A stretch of DNA of 64,000 nt from Pseudophaeobacter sp. EL27 (GTDB lineage Bacteria; Pseudomonadota; Alphaproteobacteria; Rhodobacterales; Rhodobacteraceae). Of the stretch, positions 1 through 9,801 are shown in pieces. The translations under genes were made by a program, and so were the position numbers. The notes below the pieces were generated by a model. That model made no database searches and was not told where the DNA came from. It saw only the letters and a list, made by a program, of their open reading frames with translations. The stretch spans positions 394,482-458,481 of the forward strand of contig NZ_OMPQ01000008.1 in NCBI RefSeq assembly GCF_900313025.1, given 5' to 3'. Every line of letters begins with the position of its first letter. Within the stretch, counting starts at the first letter, position 1.

Positions 1-44
1 CTAGCTGTGGCGCGCCCCTCACAACAGGACGAAGGATCGCAATC

Positions 45-1160
<1,116 letters not shown>

Positions 1161-1195
1161 GCCCTAACGCTCTCAACAGATCTAAAATTAGAAAA

Positions 1196-1228
1196 GGCGC
1201 GCCCCCTGATGGGGCCGCGCCTTTTTCA
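1196..1228. terminator. Rho-independent terminator (bidirectional) between frmA and the convergent peptidase gene
   Basis: GC stem ggcgcgcccc / ggggccgcgcc with loop ctgat. A-tract precedes it and a T-tract follows. Confidence 0.6.
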
Positions 1229-1249
1229 CTGCTCTATCCTGTTCAGCCC

Positions 1250-2347
1250 TTAGCCACCGACAATGGTCAGCTCTTTGGGGAACTGGGTCAGCACCTGACA
1301 GCCCTCTTCGGTGATCAGCACGTCATCTTCGATCCGGACGCCAAACTTGCCCGCCAGATAGAGCCCCGGTTCATTGGTGTAGACGGTGCCCGCAGGCAGC
1401 AGCTGATGATTGCCCCGCATGATATAGGGGGCCTCATGCACATCGCGGCCCAGACCATGTCCGGTCTTGGTCTCGATATGGGCGGCAAAGGGAGAGGCCT
1501 CCAGCACGCCGATCACCACATCATCAATCTGATGCGCGGTGACCCCGGCCCGCGTCGCCGCAAGCCCCACCATATTAGCGGCTAGAACGGTCTCGTAGAC
1601 TGCGCGCGCCTCATCGCTTACCCCGCCGACAAAAACCGTGCGGGTGATATCAGCGCAAAAGCCATCCTTGCGGGCACCAAAGTCAAACAGGAGCGCGTCA
1701 CCGGACTGGATTTTATAGTCTTCGCGGGCATGGCCATGCACCCGGGCCGAATTGTCACCTGCCACCACAATCGGTGTAAAGGCAAGATCATCAGCCCCCT
1801 CGGCAAAAAGCGCCTGAATGAGGCGGCTTTCGATCTCTTTCTCGGTCTGCCCCACCTCGACCTCAGCCAGCACGCTGTGCAGGGCGCGTTCAGACAGAGC
1901 AATGGCCTTTTGCAAGGCGGCGACATCGGTGTCGCTCTTGATCATCCGCAGACCCGAAATCTCTTTCTCTGCGTCGATGATCTCCAGCTCCGGGCTGGCC
2001 TGTTTCAGCGCATGATGCACAAAGACCCGCATCACCTGCCCCTCGACCGCCAGGCGCGCCATTTGCATATGGTCGGCCAGATCCGCAAAGGCTGCCTGGT
2101 AGCCATCCTGATCCCGCCAGTCAAAAACCGCCCCATCAAATGCGACCAGCTCCCAGGATCCCAGCTCCAGGTTTGGCACAATCGCTGCCGGTGCCCCTTC
2201 TGCCGGGATTACCAGGACAAAGGGACGCTCGTGGCTCATAAACCCCTGCCCCAGTGCCCGGGTGAAATTTGGCCCCGGCACCAAGGCCACTGCGTCCACC
2301 GATAGGGATCTGGCCAGTTGGCGATACTCTGCAAAAGAAGCGGTCAT
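1250..2347 (-). CDS. M24 family metallopeptidase (Xaa-Pro aminopeptidase/creatinase-like)
   Basis: C-terminal HGLGRDVHEAPY...NEPGLY...GVRIEDDVLITEEG matches the pita-bread fold metal ligands. Start refined to the internal ATG (MTASFAEYRQ) preceded by a GGAGA RBS. The tool ORF extends to 2401. Confidence 0.8.
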   Translation of the reverse strand: MTASFAEYRQLARSLSVDAVALVPGPNFTRALGQGFMSHERPFVLVIPAEGAPAAIVPNLELGSWELVAFDGAVFDWRDQDGYQAAFADLADHMQMARLAVEGQVMRVFVHHALKQASPELEIIDAEKEISGLRMIKSDTDVAALQKAIALSERALHSVLAEVEVGQTEKEIESRLIQALFAEGADDLAFTPIVVAGDNSARVHGHAREDYKIQSGDALLFDFGARKDGFCADITRTVFVGGVSDEARAVYETVLAANMVGLAATRAGVTAHQIDDVVIGVLEASPFAAHIETKTGHGLGRDVHEAPYIMRGNHQLLPAGTVYTNEPGLYLAGKFGVRIEDDVLITEEGCQVLTQFPKELTIVGG

Positions 2348-2540
2348 GTGATGTCTCCAAGGGATCAGATTGGGGGATCGAAGCCTGCCCCCCGATTTCA
2401 AAGCATGGTGTCGGCGCGAGGGCTCCGCGTAGCGAGTGAGAAGCGTCCTGTTTGGAATATTGTATCCAATTGAGAGGGGCGCTTGTCAATGACTTGCGGT
2501 GCCACCGCTCGGCAAGAGGCAAACAGTCTTGAAAACATCC

Positions 2541-2560
2541 TCCCCAGGGGGATATATGAA
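2541..2560 (+). promoter_or_regulatory. Candidate operator: C-tract/G-tract pseudo-palindrome (tcctCCCCaGGGGGatat) just upstream of the CsoR/RcnR-family gene
   Basis: Seen in sequence. Type-1 CsoR/RcnR operators are G/C-tract inverted repeats flanked by AT. Its position over the RBS region is consistent with autoregulation. Confidence 0.3.
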
Positions 2561-2563
2561 ACC

Positions 2564-2836
2564 ATGAAACAGCCACATACACATCTTTCCCACCCGCGCA
2601 TTGCCACCCGGCTAAAGCGTGCAAACGGCCACCTGAGCAGCGTCATCTCGATGATTGAAGACGGACGCCCCTGCGCAGACATCGCCCAGCAGCTGCAGGC
2701 CGTTGAAAAGGCCATTACCAATGCCAAGCGGGAATTGATCTTTGATCACATTGATCACTGTCTGGAAGATGCGCGCAATGAGACCCGCACCGAGGGGCAG
2801 AGCGAGATGTTCAAAGATATCGCGAGGTATCTGTGA
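2564..2836 (+). CDS. CsoR/RcnR/FrmR-family (DUF156) metal-sensing transcriptional repressor
   Basis: ~90 aa from MKQPHTHLSHP. Fingerprint Cys37...His62...(His65)Cys66 (C-H-C as in CsoR) plus an N-terminal His cluster (H5/H7/H10, RcnR/InrS-like). Helical small protein. Stop is 4 nt before the MFS start. Confidence 0.75.
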   Translation: MKQPHTHLSHPRIATRLKRANGHLSSVISMIEDGRPCADIAQQLQAVEKAITNAKRELIFDHIDHCLEDARNETRTEGQSEMFKDIARYL

Positions 2837-2839
2837 GCC

Positions 2840-4186
2840 ATGCTAGCCATCTTGAGAAATCGCACCTTTCGCCATCTGTTTGCGGCGCAGGTAATTGCCA
2901 TCCTCGGAACCGGTCTGGCAACCGTGGCACTGGGGCTGATTGCCTATGATCTGGCCGGGGCCGACGCCTCCATCGTGCTGGGTATCGCCCTCACCATCAA
3001 GATGGTCAGCTATGTGACCCTTGCCCCAATCGCCGCAGCGCTTGCCAGCCAGTACCCGCGCCGCAATTGGTTGGTGACGCTGGACATTCTGCGGGCCCTG
3101 GTGGCACTGGCGTTGCCCTTCGTCACTGAAATCTGGCAGATCTATGTACTGATCTTTGTGATGCAGGCCTCTTCTGCCGGGTTCACCCCCGCCTTTCAGG
3201 CCACAATTCCCGATGTCCTGCCAGATGAAGACGACTATACCAATGCCCTGTCTCTCTCGCGGCTGGCCTTTGATATCGAGAGCCTGCTGTCCCCAACAGT
3301 GGCTGCACTGCTGCTGACCCTGATGACTGCTAATTTTTTGTTCTTTGGCACCGCTATTGGCTTTGTTGCCTCGGCACTTTTGGTTGTCTCGGTCGCGCTC
3401 CCCTCGCCCAAGCCAAGTGTTGCCAAAGGGTTTTATGAGCGCACAACACTGGGCATCCGCATCTACCTGAAAACACCGCGCCTGCGGGGGTTGCTGGGGC
3501 TATCGGCGGTTGCCGCCTCTGTGAGCGCAATCGTGATCATCAATACCGTGGTCATTGTCCGGGCTGAGCTGGGTCTTGGAGAACATATGGTCGCCCTGAC
3601 GCTGGCGGCTTTTGGGGCCGGGTCCATGCTGGCAGCCTTTACCCTGCCAAAGCTGCTGATCCGCATTCAGGATCGCCCGGTCATGATAGGCGGCGCACTT
3701 ATTGCCATTCTGGCCCAGACAGGGCTGGCAACCTATACAGGTTTGGTCGAAGCAGAGTTGATCCCGGTGCTCGCCTGCTGGTTCCTATCCGGGTTTGGCT
3801 ATTCCACCATTCTCACCCCATCGGGGCGCCTGCTGAAGCGTTCTGCCCAGACTGAAGATCGCCCAGCGGTCTTTGCGGCGCAGTTCACCCTGTCCCATGG
3901 TTGCTGGCTGATCACCTATCCACTGGCGGGCTGGAGTATGAGCAGCCTTGGAATGGTGCCCTCGCTCTTGCTGCTAAATTCATTGGCCATTTTGGGGCTG
4001 CTTTATGCGCGGAGCCAATGGCCCGCAAAGGATCCAGAGAGCCTGCCCCATGACCACCCGGAGCTGGCAGCGGATCATCCGCATCTGAAAGGGACAACAG
4101 GCCAGGCTATGGGCGGTCCCAAACGGCATTCCCATCCCTATGTCATCGACGATCTGCACAAGAGTTACCCGCCAGACGACACCTGA
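2840..4186 (+). CDS. MFS transporter with His-rich C-terminal tail (putative metal efflux)
   Basis: 448 aa with multiple TM helices and an MFS-like N-terminus. The C-terminus PHDHPELAADHPHLKG...KRHSHPY is His-rich. It is directly downstream of the metal-sensor gene. Confidence 0.8.
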   Translation: MLAILRNRTFRHLFAAQVIAILGTGLATVALGLIAYDLAGADASIVLGIALTIKMVSYVTLAPIAAALASQYPRRNWLVTLDILRALVALALPFVTEIWQIYVLIFVMQASSAGFTPAFQATIPDVLPDEDDYTNALSLSRLAFDIESLLSPTVAALLLTLMTANFLFFGTAIGFVASALLVVSVALPSPKPSVAKGFYERTTLGIRIYLKTPRLRGLLGLSAVAASVSAIVIINTVVIVRAELGLGEHMVALTLAAFGAGSMLAAFTLPKLLIRIQDRPVMIGGALIAILAQTGLATYTGLVEAELIPVLACWFLSGFGYSTILTPSGRLLKRSAQTEDRPAVFAAQFTLSHGCWLITYPLAGWSMSSLGMVPSLLLLNSLAILGLLYARSQWPAKDPESLPHDHPELAADHPHLKGTTGQAMGGPKRHSHPYVIDDLHKSYPPDDT

Positions 4187-4231
4187 TGCCGGAGCAAGAA
4201 GGATCCAAGGCACGCTCATGGGCCTGCCTAC

Positions 4232-5746
4232 TCAGGTTTCGATCCGTGTCTCCACCGCATTCAGGCAAACCTCATACCCCCAGAGTGTGCCCAGATGCTT
4301 TAGCACTTCGCGCTTGTTGTCCTCTTCCAGGTGAATGCCATCGCGCACTGTATGGGAGAGGATCAGGCGCCTGTCGCCGCTCAGATCTGCATCGGTGACC
4401 TGAATGTCAGGCTCCAGATAGGCCAGATCATATTGCTGTGCCAAGGCCCGGCGGATCTCCTTATAGCCAGCCCGATTATGGATCTGGCTTACCACCATCT
4501 CCTTTTGATCCTCTTGATCCACCAAGGCAAAGAGTTTGAATTTACGCATCAGATGCGGTGACAGGAACTGCTGGATAAAGCTTTCATCCCGGTAATTGGC
4601 CCAGGCATTGCGCAGCACTGCACGCCAATCGCCCTGACCGGCGATATCCGGGAACCAATCCCGGTCCTCCTCCGTCGGCTCTTCGCAGATGCGCTTTATG
4701 TCCATCATCATAGCAAAGCCCAGCGCATAGGGGTTGATGCCGGAATATCGCGGATCGTTATACTCTGGCTGCAAAACCACATTGGTATGACTGTGCATCA
4801 TCTCCATGTAAGAGCCTTCGGTCAGACGCCCCTGGGTGAACAGCTCATTGATGATGTAATAATGCACAAAGGTGGCGCAGCCCTCGTTCATCACCTTGGT
4901 TTGTTTCTGCGGGTAGAAGTACTGCGCCAGCATCCGTACGATGCGCAGCAGCTCACGCTGCCAGGGCTTCAGGATCGGACTGTGTTTTTCCAGGAAGTAG
5001 AGAATATTCTCCTGCGGCAGGTTCAGGCTTTGCCGACGGGCCGAATAAGACTCATCATGAGGCACCCCATCCTTGGCTTTGCCCAGAGTGGCATCAGTCC
5101 AGATATCCAGTAGGCTGCGCGCGCTTTCATGGCCATCGCGCACTCGCTGCATTGCTTCCAGCTCCTGCGCGGTGGGTTTGGGCGGACGCCCATACCGAAA
5201 CACGCCTTGGGTTTGCAGGGCATGGGCCGCATCCAGAACCTCTTCGACCGCATCCAACCCATAGCGCTCCTCACAGGCGGTGATGTAGTTCTTGGCAAAG
5301 GCCAGATAGTCGTGAATGCCATCGGCATCGGTCCATTGCTGGAACAGGTAGTTGTTCTTGAAGAAATGATTATGACCAAAGGCCGCATGGGCCATCACCA
5401 ATGTCTGCATCGACATGGTGTTTTCTTCCATGTTGTAGCTGATGCAGGGGTTGGAGTTGATCACGATCTCATAGGCCAGCCCCTGCCGCCCGGTGCGATA
5501 CAGCGCCTCGTCGCGGGCAAAATGTTTACCAAAGGACCAGTGCTGATACATCAAGGGCAGCCCGGTGCAGGAATAGGCATCCAGCATCTGCTCCGCCGAA
5601 ATGATCTCGATCTGGTTCTGGTAGACATTCAGCCCCAGATCGTTCAGCGCGATATCCTCAATGGCATCGCGTGCCTTTTCCAGTAGCTCAAAACTCCACT
5701 CCGGCCCGTCAAACAGCAGGTTGGATCCTGGTTTTGCATCAAGCAT
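4232..5746 (-). CDS. SpoVR family protein (YcgB-like)
   Basis: 504 aa with a conserved SpoVR N-terminus. It overlaps the yeaH stop by 8 nt (operon). Confidence 0.85.
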   Translation of the reverse strand: MLDAKPGSNLLFDGPEWSFELLEKARDAIEDIALNDLGLNVYQNQIEIISAEQMLDAYSCTGLPLMYQHWSFGKHFARDEALYRTGRQGLAYEIVINSNPCISYNMEENTMSMQTLVMAHAAFGHNHFFKNNYLFQQWTDADGIHDYLAFAKNYITACEERYGLDAVEEVLDAAHALQTQGVFRYGRPPKPTAQELEAMQRVRDGHESARSLLDIWTDATLGKAKDGVPHDESYSARRQSLNLPQENILYFLEKHSPILKPWQRELLRIVRMLAQYFYPQKQTKVMNEGCATFVHYYIINELFTQGRLTEGSYMEMMHSHTNVVLQPEYNDPRYSGINPYALGFAMMMDIKRICEEPTEEDRDWFPDIAGQGDWRAVLRNAWANYRDESFIQQFLSPHLMRKFKLFALVDQEDQKEMVVSQIHNRAGYKEIRRALAQQYDLAYLEPDIQVTDADLSGDRRLILSHTVRDGIHLEEDNKREVLKHLGTLWGYEVCLNAVETRIET

Positions 5747-7067
5747 TTTGACCTCCCCTTATCCGTGGCAGAAAGAACTCTCTGAAGATCGGATAGATAT
5801 GGGCCGCATGCGCCACTCGCTGCATTTCAAAATGTGGGGCCTGCGCCTTGACCAGTCGGTAGTTCTGCCACAGGTCGTCGCCTGCCTCGGTGTCATTAAG
5901 AAGAGTCTCCGCGCTCTCTTCGACGATCTCCATATAGGCGTAGTACTGGCAGACCGGCAGCAGATCCTCGAGCAGCAGCTTTTTGCAGCGCGCCGAGTCA
6001 TTGCCAAAGTTCTCGCCGTCCGAAACCTGAGCCCCGTAGATGTTCCATTCCTCCGGCGGGAAACGCTCGGCAATCACCTCACGCATTTTGTCCAGCGCAG
6101 TAGAGACAATGGTACCGCCGGTTTCGCGGGCATAAAAGAAGGTCTCCTCATCCACTTCCTCTGCCAGATGGGTGTGGCGGATAAAGACCAGCTCTGTGTG
6201 CTCGTAACAGCGTGACAGGAACAGGTGCAGCAGTAAAAAGAACCGCTTGCCCAGATCCTTTTCACGTTCCTGCATCGAGCCAGAGACATCCATAAGGCAA
6301 AACACAACTGCGCGGGATTTGCGGATCTTTTCCGGCACATGGGTATCAAAGCGCAGATCAATCGGATCGATATAGCCCACCACCTTGCGCTTGCGTTGCA
6401 GCCCTTCCAGCCGCACCTGCAATTGCTCTAGCAGCTCGGCCTGGGCCGCTGTTCGACTGGGCAGCGCCTCAAGCATCTCGATTTGTGCCCGCAGATCCGC
6501 CTCTGCCTGGGCCGAGGGACGTCGCAGAGCAATGCGTCGCCCCAGAGAGTTCCGCATGGTGCGCACCAGATTGAGATTGTTGGGGGTGCCAGCCGTGGTC
6601 AGCCCAGCGCGGCGGGTGCCAATGGTTTCTGTCTCGACGGTGGGTTTCTCCACCAGATCCGGCAGCTCCAGCCCCTCAAACAGGATCTCCAGGTACTCAT
6701 CACGTGTCAGGGTAAAGGAGAAATCATCATCGCCTTCGCCACCCTCCGAGGCCTTGCGCCCGCCCTGCCCCGAACCACCATCCGGTTTGGGAATGGTATC
6801 GCCAACCACAAACTCCTTGTTACCCGGCAGGACATATTTGCGGTTGCCGCCGGGTCCATGAAAGAACCGCGGCTCCTGCAATCCCTTGGAAGGGATTGTC
6901 ACCTTTTCTCCCTCCGGTGCGACGCCATCCCCGTCCTGGATGGATTTGTCCCGCACCGAGCGGTCAACACGCTCTTTGATATTGTCCCGGGCGCGACGCA
7001 GGAACCGTTGCCGGTTGCCGTGGCTTTTGCCCTTGGGGTTGGCGCGTCTATCGATGAATTGATGCAT
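5739..7067 (-). CDS. YeaH/YhbH family protein (DUF444, vWA-like)
   Basis: 442 aa. Sequence MHQFIDRRANPKGKS...RFLRR is typical of UPF0229 YeaH. It is the middle gene of the prkA operon. Confidence 0.85.
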   Translation of the reverse strand: MHQFIDRRANPKGKSHGNRQRFLRRARDNIKERVDRSVRDKSIQDGDGVAPEGEKVTIPSKGLQEPRFFHGPGGNRKYVLPGNKEFVVGDTIPKPDGGSGQGGRKASEGGEGDDDFSFTLTRDEYLEILFEGLELPDLVEKPTVETETIGTRRAGLTTAGTPNNLNLVRTMRNSLGRRIALRRPSAQAEADLRAQIEMLEALPSRTAAQAELLEQLQVRLEGLQRKRKVVGYIDPIDLRFDTHVPEKIRKSRAVVFCLMDVSGSMQEREKDLGKRFFLLLHLFLSRCYEHTELVFIRHTHLAEEVDEETFFYARETGGTIVSTALDKMREVIAERFPPEEWNIYGAQVSDGENFGNDSARCKKLLLEDLLPVCQYYAYMEIVEESAETLLNDTEAGDDLWQNYRLVKAQAPHFEMQRVAHAAHIYPIFREFFLPRIRGGQNA

Positions 7068-7082
7068 CTTTCAGCGCCCCCG

Positions 7083-9017
7083 TTACCCGGCCTTGTTGAC
7101 CCGCATGTACCATTCCACCAGGCGCCGGACCTGACGGTCGGTATAGCCATGGCTGCGCATGCGTTCGACAAACTCCTGGTGCTTGCTCTCGGTCTTGCTG
7201 TCCTTCTTGCTGCCAAAACTGATCACCGGCAGCAGTTCTTCGACCTGTGAGAACATGTGTTTCTCAATCACGTCGCGGAGTTTCTCATAAGAGTTCCACG
7301 CTGGGTTTGATCCGGTATTGGCACGGTGGCGCAGCGCAAACTTGACCACCTCGTTGCGGAAGTCTTTGGGATTGGCGATGCCGACAGGCTTTTCAATCTT
7401 GCTCAGTTCACTGTCGAGGATCTCACGATCATAAAGCTGGCCTGTATCAGGATCTTTGTAGTCCTGCTCTTCGATCCAGGCATCCGCATAGGAGATGTAG
7501 CGATCAAAGACGTTCTGGCCATATTCGGTGTAACTCTCGAGATAGGCCTTCTGGATCTCGTTACCGATGAATTCCTCATAGCGCTGCGCCAGATCGGTTT
7601 TGATGAACTCGAGGTATTTGGCCTCGGTTTCGGCCGGGAACTGCTCGCGCTTGATCATCTGTTCCAGCACATACATCAGATGTACCGGATCGGCGGCGAT
7701 TTCATCGGTGTCGAAATTGAAGGTTGAGGAGAGCACTTTAAAGGCAAAACGGGTCGAGATGCCGTTCATACCCTCATCAACACCAGCTCGGTCCTGATAC
7801 TCCTGAACCGTCTTGGCCTTGGGGTCTGTGTCTTTCAGGCTCTCCCCATCATAGACACGCATCTTGGAATAGAGATTGGAGTTCTCATGTGGCTTCAGCC
7901 GGGTCAGAACCGAAAACCGGCTGAGGATCTTCAGGGTTTCCGGCGCGCAGGGCGCCTCGGCCAGCTCACTGTGCTGGATCAGCTTGTCATAGATCTGCGC
8001 CTCATCACTGACCCGCAGGCAATAGGGAACCTTGACGATCGAGACTCGGTCGATAAAGGCCTCATTGTTCTTGTTGTTCTTGAAGGCCTGCCACTCGCTC
8101 TCATTGGAATGCGCCAGCACCAGGCCGGTAAAGGGAATGGCCCCAAAGCTTTCGGTGCCCATATAGTTGCCTTCCTGGGTGGCGGTCAGCAGCGGGTGCA
8201 GCATCTTGATTGGCGCTTTGAACATCTCGACAAATTCCAGCACACCCTGATTGGCGCGGTTCAACCCGCCAGAGAAACTATAGGCATCCGGATTGTCCTG
8301 GCTGAAGTGTTCCAACTGACGAATGTCCACTTTGCCCACAAGGGTAGAGATATCCTGATTGTTCTCATCGCCCGGCTCGACTTTGGCGACCCCCATGCGC
8401 CGCAAACCCGACGGATAGATCCGCGCCACGGTGAACTTGCTGATGTCGCCACCATATTCGTCCAACCGCTGCACCGCCCAGGGCGACATCAGCCCCGGCA
8501 GGCGATGACGGGCAATGCCGTATTCCTCTTCGAGTACCTTGCCCATGCGTACCGGATCAAACAGGCCCAGTGGGCTCTCAAAGATCGGCGACAGCTGGTC
8601 CCCGGCTTTCAACACATAGATCGGCTGATCTTCGACCAGACATTTCAGTTGTTCCGCAAGCGAGGACTTACCGCCCCCTACTGGCCCCAGCAGATAAAGG
8701 ATTTGTTTGCGCTCTTCCAAGCCCTGGGCCGCATGGCGGAAATAGCCGACGATCCGCTCGATGGTGTCTTCCATCCCGTAGAAATCTTTGAAGGCACGAT
8801 ATTGCTTGATCGTTCGATTCTGAAAGATCGGCCCCAACCGGGCATCCTTTGAGGTATCAACCAGCTCCTCTTCCCCTATGGCTTTGAGCATCCGCTCAGC
8901 CACATTGGCATAGAGGCTCGGGTCATCGCGACAGGCATCGAGATAGTCATAGAGTGACATCTCCTGCTCACGCGTTTGGCCGTACTGCTCAACAAATATC
9001 TCGGCAATGTCTTTCAT
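7083..9017 (-). CDS. prkA: PrkA family serine protein kinase (YeaG-like)
   Basis: 644 aa. Walker A LLGPVGGGKSSL, PrkA AAA+ and C-terminal domains. AGGAGG RBS upstream. Confidence 0.9.
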   Translation of the reverse strand: MKDIAEIFVEQYGQTREQEMSLYDYLDACRDDPSLYANVAERMLKAIGEEELVDTSKDARLGPIFQNRTIKQYRAFKDFYGMEDTIERIVGYFRHAAQGLEERKQILYLLGPVGGGKSSLAEQLKCLVEDQPIYVLKAGDQLSPIFESPLGLFDPVRMGKVLEEEYGIARHRLPGLMSPWAVQRLDEYGGDISKFTVARIYPSGLRRMGVAKVEPGDENNQDISTLVGKVDIRQLEHFSQDNPDAYSFSGGLNRANQGVLEFVEMFKAPIKMLHPLLTATQEGNYMGTESFGAIPFTGLVLAHSNESEWQAFKNNKNNEAFIDRVSIVKVPYCLRVSDEAQIYDKLIQHSELAEAPCAPETLKILSRFSVLTRLKPHENSNLYSKMRVYDGESLKDTDPKAKTVQEYQDRAGVDEGMNGISTRFAFKVLSSTFNFDTDEIAADPVHLMYVLEQMIKREQFPAETEAKYLEFIKTDLAQRYEEFIGNEIQKAYLESYTEYGQNVFDRYISYADAWIEEQDYKDPDTGQLYDREILDSELSKIEKPVGIANPKDFRNEVVKFALRHRANTGSNPAWNSYEKLRDVIEKHMFSQVEELLPVISFGSKKDSKTESKHQEFVERMRSHGYTDRQVRRLVEWYMRVNKAG

Positions 9018-9540
9018 CGGGATCTAGCCTCCTGGGTTACGCTTCGCCCTTCCTCCTGGCGGTAGTGAAAACGCACAGACATAGAGACCCCAGCAACTGG
9101 GCCACGGATGCCCGCGGTCGATTTTGGTTTTGATTTCTGCTCTTGGTCGACGGCGTCGTAAGCACCGGATGCCCGCTCTGATCAGGGGGCTTGGTCCGGC
9201 AATCGAGGGTCTCAGACGCCGTTCAGTATTCCGCAAGGGTACACTATCTACGCGTTTCATACTATTAGGAACTGGTGTAATTTTAATTAATTGCCAGAAG
9301 ATTTTTGTCAAAGATCCTTCACATTTTCACCAGAACTTGTGATCTCACCCTGCATCCCTCCCAGTAAGCGGCCGTGTTTCGATGTCGAAGCCACCAATCG
9401 ACGTGATGCCTTTGGGACCCCATTTTGCCAAGGCAACAGCCAGGGCACCTGGTAAGGCTACGCCCTCCGCTCAGCCCTGTTTCTGCCCAATTTCCGCCCG
9501 AGTCTCATCCCGTGCCGCCATCCCGGAAGGCGGCGTTTCC

Positions 9541-9556
9541 ATTAACACTTTGTTAA
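9541..9556. promoter_or_regulatory. CtrA box (TTAA-N7-TTAAC, perfect consensus): ttaaCACTTTGttaac
   Basis: Seen in sequence, in the divergent prkA/adhesin intergenic region ~250 bp upstream of the adhesin start. Confidence 0.4.
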
Positions 9557-9801
9557 CAAATCACCCAAAAACAAGGGGACCAGCCCCCATGCCAAAGAAA
9601 ATCTGCGGCAAACAAGACACTATAGTGCGTAATTCATCCACAGTTTCTGCCAGCACCGACTAGACATTTGATATAAATTCGACGCAATATACCCACAATA
9701 TGGCCGCAAAGAACGGCCTTCGGCAGAAACATACAGGCACCGGATCCTCCGCGACCCCATGATTTAGGGCGTTGCGTGGTCCATAAGCGAGCGGCAAAAA
9801 A

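Noticed and set aside
2564-2836. Naming the DUF156 regulator FrmR (formaldehyde sensor) because frmA lies 1.4 kb upstream
   Set aside because: The two are separated by an opposite-strand peptidase gene, so they are not an frmRAB operon. The ligand set (C-H-C plus His) and the coupled His-tailed MFS exporter point instead to a metal sensor.
9200-9320. Sigma-54 promoter (GG-N10-GC) for prkA
   Set aside because: No GTGCCA…GCAA-type motif was found on the appropriate strand. The region is AT-rich and more like a sigma-70/RpoS-type promoter.
9382-9663. 93-aa ORF in the adhesin upstream region
   Set aside because: It lies in the promoter/leader region with a Pro/Ala/Ser-rich product and no RBS. 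It is more likely 5' UTR containing the CtrA box.
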